This document shows positions 1-9,647 of a stretch of 56,050 nucleotides of DNA, piece by piece. Source of the DNA: Bacteroidota bacterium (GTDB lineage: Bacteria; Bacteroidota; Bacteroidia; Chitinophagales; Chitinophagaceae). The DNA is taken from positions 1 to 56,050 of the forward strand of contig JANLSA010000450.1 of NCBI GenBank assembly GCA_031362085.1, read 5' to 3'. Numbering within the stretch: the stretch's first letter is position 1; each line of letters starts with the position of its first letter. The position numbers and the translations under genes were made by a program. Under the pieces are notes generated by a model. The model saw only the letters and a program-made list of their open reading frames with translations. It ran no database searches and was not told where the DNA came from.

Positions 1-72
1 AAAAGGCAGGGGATTTTATCAGGGGATAGGCATGAAAGCCTTGTGTCCGGTACTAATGAGCCCCTGCCTTTT
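1..72 (+). other. Long stem-loop at the window edge (12-bp perfect stem, 48-nt interior, then TTTT). Terminator-like, or the end of a structured RNA.
   Basis: aaaaggcagggg (1-12) is the exact reverse complement of cccctgcctttt (61-72). No ORF here. Confidence 0.35.
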
Positions 73-198
73 GACTGTCTTGTGAACAATAATTAATCAG
101 TATAAAAGTAATCCTGATTATACGAGGTGAAACTAAAGGATGTCCGTAGTCTCCATCTTCACAATACCAATAATAAATATACAAATTATAGGGTTGTT

Positions 199-238
199 AT
201 GTTTAGTCTGCGACTAAACATCGGCTTCAAAGAAGCCG
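199..238. other. Two abutting perfect hairpins inside a ~600-nt ORF-free region
   Basis: atgtttagtc-tgc-gactaaacat (199-221, 10 bp) is followed immediately by cggcttc-aaa-gaagccg (222-238, 7 bp). Confidence 0.3.
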
Positions 239-596
239 TAAGATAAAAATCAATTTTACAAAAATACCAAGTCAAGCAACCCGCATTTCTTAGCATGAAA
301 ATAATTCTAGCATGCTGGCAGGAAACAGAGCAGGAACCCCACTCAGTAAATTATCATTCCAAAAGAATCCTCTGGTCAAATCTAAAGAATTCTGAAATTG
401 AAATGTTCATTGTTTCACTTTATTTTAAGTTTCCTATAAATCGGGGTTGCAGCCGGACACAAAGCCCACACACAACAAAACCCGCTTAGACATTTTCCTT
501 TTATTATAGAAATTTAATTGAAGACCCCGAAGGAAAAGAAAAATGAAAAAACTAAAGTAGGTGGAAAAGAAAAAATGAGTAATATGCGATAAACAG

Positions 597-1337
597 CTAA
601 TAGGGTTTTATAATCAACCCTTTTTTCTTGAATCTATCATGGATGGCTTTTGCAAATTCCGCCGCATATACTCCATCTCCATGAATACAAATTGTATCAG
701 CATCAAGTTGAATTGTTTTTCCCGATGCCGTTATAACAGTTCCGTCTTTTACCAATTGTATTGCCTGTTGAACAGTCGTATCAATATCAGTTATTACAGC
801 ACCATCCATAGTTCGGGGCATTAAACTTCCATCATCTAAATAAATTCTGTCTGCAAAAACTTCATTACAAGTTGTTAATCCAATCTTTTTTGCTTCAGCA
901 ATAGAATGACTGTTACTTAATCCGAATAAAATAAGCTGATGATTAAAATCTTTTACTGCATTCGCAATTGCACTGGCTACTTTTTTGTCTTTTGCAGAAA
1001 GATTATATAAAGCTCCATGCGGCTTTACATGATGAATAGAAGTTTCTGATTCAGAAACAATTTCATCCAGAATTATTAATTGTTGAGTTACGATGTCATA
1101 AATATCTGCTGCATTAGAATTTAATTCTATTCTTCCGAAATTTATTTTGTCAAGAAAGGATGGATGTGCGCCAATGGCAACATTATTTTTTAAACACAAC
1201 TCTACCGTATGCCAGATTGTATTTTCATCACCTGCATGATAACCACAAGCAATATTTGCTGAGGAAATAAATGGCAGAATAGCTTCTTCATTTCCGAAGC
1301 CTTCACCTAAATCGCAATTAAGGTCAATTGTCTTCAT
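597..1337 (-). CDS. pxpA: 5-oxoprolinase subunit A (LamB/YcsF family)
   Basis: N-terminus MKTIDLNCDLGEGFG...ANIACGYHAGD is the LamB/YcsF signature. Start overlaps the upstream gene stop, and it sits next to pxpB/pxpC-type genes. Confidence 0.9.
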   Translation of the reverse strand: MKTIDLNCDLGEGFGNEEAILPFISSANIACGYHAGDENTIWHTVELCLKNNVAIGAHPSFLDKINFGRIELNSNAADIYDIVTQQLIILDEIVSESETSIHHVKPHGALYNLSAKDKKVASAIANAVKDFNHQLILFGLSNSHSIAEAKKIGLTTCNEVFADRIYLDDGSLMPRTMDGAVITDIDTTVQQAIQLVKDGTVITASGKTIQLDADTICIHGDGVYAAEFAKAIHDRFKKKGLIIKPY

Positions 1338-2317
1338 TTAAAAAATTGTTGCAATCTGAAATTACATCCGTTTTTTAATTGTTGCAAATGCAATTGCTGT
1401 TTCACAAATAAATTTTCGGCAGTTTGCTGATTTACGATCGTAAATTTTATTGTTGAGCCGGGTTGTTTCTGCGAAAGTTTAGAAAGATGTGCTGAGATAA
1501 TATGTGCCACCCGGGGATAGCCACCAGTTGTTTGACTGTCTGCCATTAAAACAATCAATTCGCCATTGGGTAATAATTGAATGGTGCCAAAGTTTACAGC
1601 CGAAGATATAAGTTCCTCTTTATTTGCTGAAACCAGGTTTTCTCCTTTTAATCGATATCCCATTCTGTCAGAAGAAACATCGGTTAGAAATTTCTTATTT
1701 GTAAAATTCTTTTTTGACTGCGCCGTTAGATAATCCCATTCATTGCCCGGGATAACAAAAATTTCATCTTCAGCAGATTCATTATTAAAACAAACTGAAC
1801 GCCAGGGAAGTTTATAAAAGTCATTTTTCTTCAGCCGCTCATTTTTAAAGTCAGCGTCGAATTCAAGAATATCTCCTTTCATTAATTTTCTTCCTTCATA
1901 TCCGCCAGCCATTGCTTTTAAGTTGGTGCTGTTGCTGTTCAGCCATGGCAACAAATTAAACCCACCCTGTACAGTTAAATAACAACATTGCCCATTCTTC
2001 TTTTTTGAAAAAGCAAGAACTGATTTTTTCTTCACCATCAAGGGTACACCATTTTTAATTCTATGTCCGTTTAGAGTTGGTGAAAAATTTGCACCTGTAA
2101 TTGCAATCAACGCATTTTTTTCAAAAAAGATTTCTGCTGCCGGGTAAAAAAATTCAATCACGGGCTTATTCATTTCATTTGCTACCAGCAGATTTGCTGT
2201 TTGCATAGCAAGCAAATCCATAGCACCACCGGGGTTGATGCCGAGATGCTGATAACCAAAACGACCTTCGTCCTGTATGGTGTCAAGTATTCCTGCTTTT
2301 AATATTTTCAAACTCAT
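1334..2317 (-). CDS. pxpC: 5-oxoprolinase subunit C (allophanate hydrolase subunit 2 / KipA family)
   Basis: MSLKILKAGILDTIQDEGRFGYQHLGINPGGAMD is typical of the KipA/PxpC family. Its ATG overlaps the pxpB stop as ATGA. Confidence 0.88.
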   Translation of the reverse strand: MSLKILKAGILDTIQDEGRFGYQHLGINPGGAMDLLAMQTANLLVANEMNKPVIEFFYPAAEIFFEKNALIAITGANFSPTLNGHRIKNGVPLMVKKKSVLAFSKKKNGQCCYLTVQGGFNLLPWLNSNSTNLKAMAGGYEGRKLMKGDILEFDADFKNERLKKNDFYKLPWRSVCFNNESAEDEIFVIPGNEWDYLTAQSKKNFTNKKFLTDVSSDRMGYRLKGENLVSANKEELISSAVNFGTIQLLPNGELIVLMADSQTTGGYPRVAHIISAHLSKLSQKQPGSTIKFTIVNQQTAENLFVKQQLHLQQLKNGCNFRLQQFFK

Positions 2318-3069
2318 GCCTCACCCCCCAACCCCCTCTCCCGTGGGAGAGGGGGAGTTTTATTAAGCGAATAAAATTCTTCAGAAGTTATTGAATAAAA
2401 CTGAACAGTATCTCCTGCTTTTAAAAAAGTTATTTCTTCTTTTTCTCTGTCAAACATTTTTATTGGAGTTCTTCCAATTATCTGCCAGCCACCTGGCGAG
2501 TCAATTGGATAAATTCCCGTTTGACGACCTGCAATTCCTACACTACCTGCTTTAATGGACTCCGGCTGCTTTTTTCTTGCATAATCAAGTTGCTCATCGG
2601 TTATTCCCATATAGGCAAAGCCGTGCAAAAAGCCAAGCATATAAACCCGGTAGTTAACCGAGGTGTGTAACTGAATAATTTCCGCAACACTTATTTTTTT
2701 TTCAGTAGCGAGCAATTCAATATCAGTTGCAAATTCTTTTTCATAACAGACAGGAATACGAATCACTCTTTCTTCAACACGATTATTTTGTAAATCAAAA
2801 TCCAGGGAACTTATAAGTTTTTCCTTCATCCATTCATAAGCAGTAGAATACGTTTCAACGTTTTTTCTTAAATTATATAAATGATAATAAATTGTTATCG
2901 AACTAAAGGACGAAACAATTTCTTTCTGGTACGGCAATGGATGATCAGACATATATTGAAACAGCGAAATAATATATTGATTGATTTGTTCGTCAATTAC
3001 ATTTCCAAAATCGATAGTTATGCCAGAATCGCCAAGTGGAAATATTTTATATGGATAGGATTGAATCAT
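2314..3069 (-). CDS. pxpB: 5-oxoprolinase subunit B (allophanate hydrolase subunit 1 / KipI family)
   Basis: YKIFPLGDSGITIDFG...GGWQIIGRTP motifs. The ORF is open to 3111, but the ATG at 3069 (MIQSYPYKIF) fits the family N-terminus and avoids overlap with the divergent gene. The last ~14 codons are encoded by a GC-rich palindrome. Confidence 0.85.
   Translation of the reverse strand: MIQSYPYKIFPLGDSGITIDFGNVIDEQINQYIISLFQYMSDHPLPYQKEIVSSFSSITIYYHLYNLRKNVETYSTAYEWMKEKLISSLDFDLQNNRVEERVIRIPVCYEKEFATDIELLATEKKISVAEIIQLHTSVNYRVYMLGFLHGFAYMGITDEQLDYARKKQPESIKAGSVGIAGRQTGIYPIDSPGGWQIIGRTPIKMFDREKEEITFLKAGDTVQFYSITSEEFYSLNKTPPLPRERGLGGEA
2332..2355. repeat. GC-rich perfect palindrome / hairpin embedded in the 3' end of pxpB
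   Basis: ccccctctccc-gt-gggagaggggg. It translates on the minus strand as ...PLPRERGLGGEA*. Confidence 0.8.
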
Positions 3070-3109
3070 AATAATCTCATTTGAAGATACTGACTTACTT
3101 TTACACTCC

Positions 3110-4138
3110 ATGCCCCGATTAAACAGAAACGATACACTGAATCTTATCTCGAAACTTAGTTTTAGCCGTGTCCTGAATGGGATAAAAGTTTTGAGTAGTT
3201 ATTATATAAGTAAATGGTTTAAAAAACCGGTACAATGGGGCTATCCTATATCAATTTCTTTTGAGCCAACCACAAGCTGTAACCTTCGCTGTCCCGAATG
3301 CCCGAGTGGTTTAAGGGCATTTACCCGGCCAATCGGGATGCTTCAAAAAAACTTTTTTAAAGAAACTATTGATCAGTTGGCAAAAGAACTTTGGTATTTG
3401 GTTTTTTATTTCCAGGGCGAGCCATATCTTAATCCCGATTTTTTAGATATGGTAAAATATGCTTCATCAAAAAAAATTTACACAGCCACATCTACCAATG
3501 CACATTACCTGAATGATGAAAATGCAAAGCGGACTATTGAAAGCGGACTAGACCGGTTAATTATTTCTATTGATGGGACTACGCAGGAAGTTTATCAGCA
3601 ATATCGCATTGGCGGCAATCTTGAAAAAGTAATTGAAGGCACAAAAAATATTGTGAAATGGAAAAAAGCAATGAAAAGTAAAACGCCTTTTGTCGTTTTC
3701 CAATTTTTAGTTGTAAAACCAAATGAACACCAGATCGAAGATGTAAAACAACTGGCAAAACAAATTGGAGTGGATGATGTGTGGTTTAAAACTGCACAGG
3801 TTTATGATTTTGCCAATGATCCGAATAAATTAATCCCTTCAATAGATAAATACAGCCGCTACCGGAAAACAAAAAACGGGAATGAATTTAAAGGGAATCT
3901 CTCAAACCATTGCTGGCGGCTCTGGCACGACCCGGTAATTACCTGGGATGGTTTGGTAGCTCCTTGTTGTTTTGATAAAGATGCGCAGCACCGACTTGGG
4001 GATTTAAAACAAAAGCCATTTAAAGAAATCTGGAACAACAGCGAGTATAAAAAATTCAGAACCGGTTTATTACACGGCAGAAAAAATATTGATATCTGTT
4101 CGAACTGCAGCGAGGGAACAAAGGTTTGGGAGGTATAA
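3110..4138 (+). CDS. Radical SAM protein with C-terminal SPASM-like Cys cluster
   Basis: CNLRCPECPSG (CxxxCxxC) near the N-terminus. C-terminal Cys-rich region HCWRLW...APCCFDKD...CSNCSEG. Confidence 0.85.
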   Translation: MPRLNRNDTLNLISKLSFSRVLNGIKVLSSYYISKWFKKPVQWGYPISISFEPTTSCNLRCPECPSGLRAFTRPIGMLQKNFFKETIDQLAKELWYLVFYFQGEPYLNPDFLDMVKYASSKKIYTATSTNAHYLNDENAKRTIESGLDRLIISIDGTTQEVYQQYRIGGNLEKVIEGTKNIVKWKKAMKSKTPFVVFQFLVVKPNEHQIEDVKQLAKQIGVDDVWFKTAQVYDFANDPNKLIPSIDKYSRYRKTKNGNEFKGNLSNHCWRLWHDPVITWDGLVAPCCFDKDAQHRLGDLKQKPFKEIWNNSEYKKFRTGLLHGRKNIDICSNCSEGTKVWEV

Positions 4139-4523
4139 AAAAATTACCTACAAAAAAAAGGATACACAATAAAATTACATACCCCTCATTTCATCATATA
4201 TCGAAGTATAAAAAGAAGAAAATCCTTCCCAGAAATTTCTGAAAGATTCGACTAACATTTTCATGGTGTGGTAGTTTGATGGTATATCAAAGTAAAGAAG
4301 ATTTTTATTCATAAAAAATACCACTTTTGGGGTATTCCCCAAAAAAATACAGATTGTTGATAAATGTTTTTGAAATTTGGCATGGACTTGGCAACTCAAA
4401 AACACGAAAACCCGTTTACGTATTCAATTTAATTGATTTGTAACTTTTAACTTGATCCTACTTTTTATGAAAATCTAAGTAACGGCATTATTAAATAACT
4501 AAGTTTAAATTTTAAACAGTAGC

Positions 4524-4973
4524 ATGGGAATAGAAAATGACATTAATCAGCAGAAATTCAGGAATGATTATCAACGGGCTTATATCAATTTATTTTACAC
4601 TTACGGCTGGTTAATGGAAAAAATAAAACAAATTCTGGCCTCTTCCGATATAACGCCACAGCAATATAATATTCTCCGCATACTTCGGGGCAGTCATCCT
4701 AAACCGCTTTCCACTTTACAAATCCGGGAAAGGCTGCTTGACAAAATGAGTGATACCAGCCGGATTGTAGACCGGTTGCTGATTAAAAAATTAGTAATTA
4801 AAAAATCAAGCAATATTGATAAGCGTTTGGTTGATATTACCATTACCGAAAACGGACTTGCACTTTTATTGATACTCGATGAAAGAAACAAAGAAATGGA
4901 TTCAATTGTAAGCAATCTTTCCAAAGAAGAAGCAATTGTGTTAAGTAAATTGTTAGATAAAATACGAGAGTAA
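4524..4973 (+). CDS. MarR family transcriptional regulator
   Basis: ITPQQYNILRIL...LSTLQIRERL...SRIVDRLLIKKLV...DKRLVDITITENG, a winged-helix MarR pattern. Confidence 0.85.
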   Translation: MGIENDINQQKFRNDYQRAYINLFYTYGWLMEKIKQILASSDITPQQYNILRILRGSHPKPLSTLQIRERLLDKMSDTSRIVDRLLIKKLVIKKSSNIDKRLVDITITENGLALLLILDERNKEMDSIVSNLSKEEAIVLSKLLDKIRE

Positions 4974-5024
4974 AAATTGTTTCTTTTCTTTTTATAAGAA
5001 AAAGGGATTAGTTCAATATTTGTC

Positions 5025-5471
5025 TTAATTATCCAAAAGCCGTCTATGATAATTTATTTGCCCAAGATGATAACCTAGATGTGCTATCAGGTGCACCAAG
5101 AAATATTCAGTCGTAGTTTTCTTTTCAAATACCAGCATCGGGTATTCCTTACTTAAATCCTCAGCTTTCATTTTGTTTAAAGCATTTTGAACAACCTGTA
5201 TTGTATCATCAATTTTTTGGAGTAACTCAGTTCTTGGAACATCTTTAAGTGAAAATTCAAGCTCTCTGTTTCGAACATAATGGGTTTTACCAATCTCCTT
5301 ACCAATATATGTATTCAGGTTGCCAACTAAATGTAAACAAAGATTTCCGGAAGAGTTGGCTATCGCTTTATCGGTTAGCCATAAATTCTTTTCATCCTGA
5401 TATAATCCGATTTCAGATTTTAATTTGAGTAAGTCCCTGTTAAAAAGGGATTTTAATGTTTCGATAAGCAT
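5025..5471 (-). CDS. DinB-superfamily (DUF1572-like) protein
   Basis: Four-helix-bundle pattern with conserved His: LHLVGNL ... HLIAHLGYHLGQI. Confidence 0.75.
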   Translation of the reverse strand: MLIETLKSLFNRDLLKLKSEIGLYQDEKNLWLTDKAIANSSGNLCLHLVGNLNTYIGKEIGKTHYVRNRELEFSLKDVPRTELLQKIDDTIQVVQNALNKMKAEDLSKEYPMLVFEKKTTTEYFLVHLIAHLGYHLGQINYHRRLLDN

Positions 5472-5495
5472 ACTATTCGTTATGTGAATTTAATT

Positions 5496-6617
5496 TTACA
5501 ATTTCAATCCTATCTTCTTACCCGATTTAACAGATGCATAAATAGCATCTATAATTATTAAATCTTTCAATGCTTCTTCACCATCAACCGGCACAATCGG
5601 CATCTTGCCTTCCAATAGTATACTTGCCATCTCATCCATCTGTACTGATTGATGAGTTTTATGTTCCTGCATAAGTTCTCCTTTATTCGTCTTTCCTTTT
5701 ATAGGCCCATATCCGGTTGAAGGTTGCATTTCAGCAAAACCTTTTTCAGCATTCAGATAAAATTTATCCAACCCATTCATTGCATAGGTAGATAAGCAAC
5801 TTGCAACTGCGCCACTTGGAAAACCTAACTGAAATTGAATTGTTTCATCAACTCCCTCTTTAAATTTTATAGTATCAGTTTTTGTTTCCTGTGCAGTTAC
5901 CCAGATGGGTTCTTCACCCACCATATATCTTGCACCATTCACTGCGTAGATACCAATATCCATCATTGAACCACCTCCAGCAAGTTGTTTGTTTAACCTC
6001 CATTGAGTTGGATCGCCAATCCGGAAACCACACAAACCCTGGAAGAACATTATTTTTCCAAATTCACCTTCCTTTCTCATCCGAATAATTTCCAATGTCT
6101 TTGCTTCAAAGTGCATCCGGTATCCAATTAATAAATTCACATTCGATTTTTTACAGGCAGCAATCATTTGTTCTCCTTCTTTAGCATTTAATGCCATAGG
6201 TTTTTCACATATTACATGTTTACCAGCTTTAGCTACTCTTATTGCCTGGTCTATATGCAATGCATTTGGTGTAATGATATATACTGCATCAATATCCGGG
6301 TTGTCTTTTATTTCATCAAAATTTTCGTAGTTATAGCAATTCTTTGCAGGGATATTATATTTAGTTTGCCATGCAGTTATTTTAGATGGAGTGCCGCTTA
6401 TAACACCCACCAATTTTGCTTTCGTGCAGGCTAGCATGCCATCAGCCACTCGGGTGCCGTAACTACCGAGACCCATAATGGCCACACGCAATACCGGTCC
6501 ATCATAAGAATCATTTTTAACACTCTTAAATTCTGAAAGCAAATCTTCCTTTGATATAAATGGAAAAATCAGCAGTGGGCCAGCAAGCTTCTGTAAAAAA
6601 TTACGACGTGTATTCAT
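5496..6617 (-). CDS. Gfo/Idh/MocA family oxidoreductase with twin-arginine (Tat) signal; candidate periplasmic sugar dehydrogenase
   Basis: MNTRRNFLQKLAG matches the Tat consensus (S/T-R-R-x-F-L-K). Rossmann segment VAIMGLGSYG; the EKP motif is present as ICEKPMA. Confidence 0.85.
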   Translation of the reverse strand: MNTRRNFLQKLAGPLLIFPFISKEDLLSEFKSVKNDSYDGPVLRVAIMGLGSYGTRVADGMLACTKAKLVGVISGTPSKITAWQTKYNIPAKNCYNYENFDEIKDNPDIDAVYIITPNALHIDQAIRVAKAGKHVICEKPMALNAKEGEQMIAACKKSNVNLLIGYRMHFEAKTLEIIRMRKEGEFGKIMFFQGLCGFRIGDPTQWRLNKQLAGGGSMMDIGIYAVNGARYMVGEEPIWVTAQETKTDTIKFKEGVDETIQFQLGFPSGAVASCLSTYAMNGLDKFYLNAEKGFAEMQPSTGYGPIKGKTNKGELMQEHKTHQSVQMDEMASILLEGKMPIVPVDGEEALKDLIIIDAIYASVKSGKKIGLKL

Positions 6618-6728
6618 AATATTAAAGGTTTTGTAATCGGTATCAAAAATTATAAAATATATTTGAACTTACACAATCTTATATAAACTTTCCGATTTAT
6701 CAGATGAAGTTGTATTAAACTTTCAATC

Positions 6729-8447
6729 ATGAGTAAAAAATTAAGAAGCCAGGATTGGTTTGGCAAAAAAGATAAAGACGGTATCATTTACAGAAGCTGG
6801 ATGAAGAACCAGGGAATGCCAACTGATATGTTTGATGGCCGCCCGGTGATTGGCATTTGTAATACATTCAGTGAACTCACACCCTGCAATGCACATTTTA
6901 GAAGTCATGCTGAATCAGTAAAACGAGGTGTGCTGGAAGCAGGTGGATTCCCTGTTGAATTTCCAATAATGAGTTTAGGTGAAACATTGCTGAAACCAAC
7001 TGCAATGCTATTCAGAAATTTGGCAAGCATGGATGCAGAAGAATCGATTCGGGGTAATCCAATAGACGGCGTTGTATTATTAACAGGTTGTGATAAAACA
7101 ACTCCTTCAACTGTGATGGGCGCAGCAAGTGTTGGTTTACCCACAATAGTCGTTCCCGGCGGACCAATGTTAAATGGAAAATATAAAGGACAGGATATTG
7201 GATCGGGTACACATGTGTGGAAGTTTGATGAAGACATGAAAACAGGTAAGATGACACAGGAGGATTGTGAGTATGCAGAAAGTTGTATGAGTCGCAGTAT
7301 TGGGCATTGCATGACGATGGGTACGGCATCCACAATGGCATGTATGGTTGAGTCGCTGGGATTAACATTATCCGGTGCCTCTGCAATACCTGCTGCTGAT
7401 TCAAGAAAAAAAGTAATGGCTCAACTAAGTGGAAGACGAATTGTGGAAATGGTAAAAGAAAATTTAACCATTGATAAAATTTTGACAAGAGAAGCATTTG
7501 AAAATTCTATCAAAGTAAATGCAGCAGTTGGTGGCTCATCCAATTTTATTATTCACCTTACAGCAATTGCCGGAAGAATAGGTGTTGAATTAAATCTGGA
7601 AGACTTTGATTCCATTGGAAGTAAAACCCCTTTGTTGCTGAATTTGATGCCATCCGGGAAATACCTGATGGAAGATTTTTATTATGCTGGCGGTTTACCG
7701 GTAATATTAAATGAATTAAAAAATCATTTGCATAAAAATGTAGTTACCGTTACCGGAAAAAATCATCACGATAATATTTATGGAAATACGGCATGTTATA
7801 ATGAAGATGTAATTGCCACTTACGAAAACCCATTTCAAACTGAAGCAGGTTGCGTAGTCGTAAAAGGTAATCTTGCATTAAATGGTGCTGTAATAAAACC
7901 ATCTGCTGCCACGCCTGCATTACTGAAACACAGAGGAAGAGCCGTCGTATTCGAGAGCATCGAAGATTATAATAAAAGAATTGATGACCCTAACCTGGAC
8001 ATTGATGAAAATTGTGTAATGGTATTGAAATATGTTGGGCCTGTCGGCTATCCCGGTATGCCAGAGGTTGGTAATATGGCATTGCCAAAAAAAATATTAC
8101 AGAAAGGAATTAAAGATATGGTTCGGATAAGTGATGGAAGAATGAGCGGAACTGCCTATGGTACTGCAGTGTTGCATGTTTCACCCGAGAGTGCTATTGG
8201 TGGCAATCTTGCATTGGTGCAAAACGGAGATATGATTGAGTTGGATGTATCGCAAAGAAAATTGCATTTAGATATAACTGATGAGGAACTGGCAAATCGC
8301 AGGGCTAAATGGGTAGCACCAAAACTTGCTGCTGACCGTGGTTATGTAAATCTTTATGTAAAACATGTGATGGGTGCTGATAAAGGCGCCGATTTGGATT
8401 TTTTACAGGGAAGTTCGGGAAGTGTGGTTACAAGAGATTCGCATTAG
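6729..8447 (+). CDS. IlvD/Edd family dehydratase, sugar-acid (xylonate/arabinonate) dehydratase-like
   Basis: N-terminus LRSQDWFG...GRPVIGICNTFSELTPCNAH, then TGCDKTTP, HCMTMGTASTM and SDGRMSGTA. The RS-DWF N-terminus resembles the XylD/AraC branch rather than canonical IlvD. Confidence 0.85.
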   Translation: MSKKLRSQDWFGKKDKDGIIYRSWMKNQGMPTDMFDGRPVIGICNTFSELTPCNAHFRSHAESVKRGVLEAGGFPVEFPIMSLGETLLKPTAMLFRNLASMDAEESIRGNPIDGVVLLTGCDKTTPSTVMGAASVGLPTIVVPGGPMLNGKYKGQDIGSGTHVWKFDEDMKTGKMTQEDCEYAESCMSRSIGHCMTMGTASTMACMVESLGLTLSGASAIPAADSRKKVMAQLSGRRIVEMVKENLTIDKILTREAFENSIKVNAAVGGSSNFIIHLTAIAGRIGVELNLEDFDSIGSKTPLLLNLMPSGKYLMEDFYYAGGLPVILNELKNHLHKNVVTVTGKNHHDNIYGNTACYNEDVIATYENPFQTEAGCVVVKGNLALNGAVIKPSAATPALLKHRGRAVVFESIEDYNKRIDDPNLDIDENCVMVLKYVGPVGYPGMPEVGNMALPKKILQKGIKDMVRISDGRMSGTAYGTAVLHVSPESAIGGNLALVQNGDMIELDVSQRKLHLDITDEELANRRAKWVAPKLAADRGYVNLYVKHVMGADKGADLDFLQGSSGSVVTRDSH

Positions 8448-8558
8448 AGAAAAGCTCACACAAAGGCACTAAGCACACTAAGGCATATTGCATTTATAAA
8501 ATCTTTGTGGGCTTAGTGTCTTTGTGGGAAACAAATAATTTATTTTCAAAACAGAAAA

Positions 8559-9587
8559 ATGAACAAATTTTTTACCCTTATATCCGTACTGGCATTCATT
8601 TCGTGTAAAACTAACCAAAACAAAACTCAATCCGTGGAAGAAAAATATAAAACAATAGGAACCATTGAACGCTTTGATGCTGCATTGGACAATATCATTT
8701 CCAAAGATGCCAAAGCAGAAATTATTGCTGAAGGTTTTGAATGGAGTGAAGGACCCCTGTGGATTGAAAAACATCAAATGCTTTTATTTTCCGATGTGCC
8801 GATGAATACAGTTTACAAATGGACTGAAGAAAAAGGAAAAGAAGTTTATTTAAAACCCAGCGGATATACAGGAGAATTATCAAGTGATTGCAAAGAGCCG
8901 GGCAGTAATGGATTGACATTGAATAATGATGGCAATTTGGTTTTATGCCAGCATGGTGATAGAAAAGTTTCCAGGATGGATGCGCCACTTGACAAACCAG
9001 CGGCAAAATTTATTTCACTGGCAGACAAGTTTAATGGCAAAAGATTCAGTAGTCCGAATGATTTGGTATTTAACAGTAACGGAGAATTATTTTTTACGGA
9101 TCCACCCTACGGTTTAAAAACACAGGATGATAGTGATCCTAAAAAAGAAATTTCATTTAATGGTGTGTATAAAGTAAAGAAGGACGGGACAGTAATCCTG
9201 TTGACAGATTCTATAACAAGGCCAAACGGGATTGCTCTTTTCCCGGGTGAAAAAAGATTACTGGTAGCAAATTCTGATCCGGATAAACCAAACTGGTATG
9301 TGTTTGATATAAATGGCGATTCATTAATGAATGGAAAAATATTTTACGGTACTGCAGGCTATGATAAATCATGGAGTGGTTTACCGGATGGCTTTAAGAT
9401 TGATAAAAATGGAAATGTTTTTGCTACCGGCCCGGGCGGTGTTTATATTTTCAACAGTGAGGGAAAGAAATTAGGTAAGATACGGTTAAAGGATGCAGCT
9501 AGCAATTGTGCTTTATCTCCGGATCAAAAAATTTTGTATGTAACCAATGATATGTATGTGCTGAGGATAATAATGAAAGCCCTCTAA
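8559..9587 (+). CDS. SMP-30/gluconolactonase/LRE family lactonase, lipoprotein-type signal
   Basis: Lipobox LAFISC. Beta-propeller motifs EGPLW, SPNDLVF, FTDPPYG, PNGIALF and LPDGFKID. Confidence 0.85.
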   Translation: MNKFFTLISVLAFISCKTNQNKTQSVEEKYKTIGTIERFDAALDNIISKDAKAEIIAEGFEWSEGPLWIEKHQMLLFSDVPMNTVYKWTEEKGKEVYLKPSGYTGELSSDCKEPGSNGLTLNNDGNLVLCQHGDRKVSRMDAPLDKPAAKFISLADKFNGKRFSSPNDLVFNSNGELFFTDPPYGLKTQDDSDPKKEISFNGVYKVKKDGTVILLTDSITRPNGIALFPGEKRLLVANSDPDKPNWYVFDINGDSLMNGKIFYGTAGYDKSWSGLPDGFKIDKNGNVFATGPGGVYIFNSEGKKLGKIRLKDAASNCALSPDQKILYVTNDMYVLRIIMKAL

Positions 9588-9588
9588 A

Positions 9589-9603
9589 TCCCCCGAAGGG
9601 GGA
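9589..9603. repeat. GC-rich hairpin immediately after the lactonase stop codon
   Basis: tccccc-gaa-ggggga starts 2 nt after the TAA at 9585-9587. Confidence 0.5.
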
Positions 9604-9647
9604 CTTTAAGATTGTGATTATTTAATTTTCTCTTTATTATAAAAAAT

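Noticed and set aside
191-245. CRISPR repeat or tracrRNA-like tandem hairpins (gttgttatgtttagtc...).
   Set aside because: It is a single occurrence. There is no repeat-spacer periodicity anywhere in the window and no cas genes.
466-486. RNase P RNA P4/CR-V-like string acaaaacccgctta.
   Set aside because: No complementary P4 5' strand (GGAAAGTCCGGGC-like) and no other conserved RNase P blocks at the expected spacing on either strand.
295-489. 64-aa ORF in the first intergenic region.
   Set aside because: No motif, low-complexity composition, and it overlaps the hairpin and IR features. Most likely non-coding.
4175-4405. 76-aa minus-strand ORF between the radical SAM and MarR genes, considered as a possible RiPP precursor.
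   Set aside because: It is on the opposite strand to both neighbours, spans an internal hairpin (4325-4344), and has no leader/core-like or Cys/Gly-rich peptide features.
6905-7497. Antisense ORFs of 142 and 161 aa inside the IlvD/Edd gene. Similar shadow ORFs occur at 29910-30298, 42833-43282, 44556-45086 and 46794-47132.
   Set aside because: Each lies fully inside a strongly supported gene on the other strand and has an unnatural composition. These are typical shadow ORFs.
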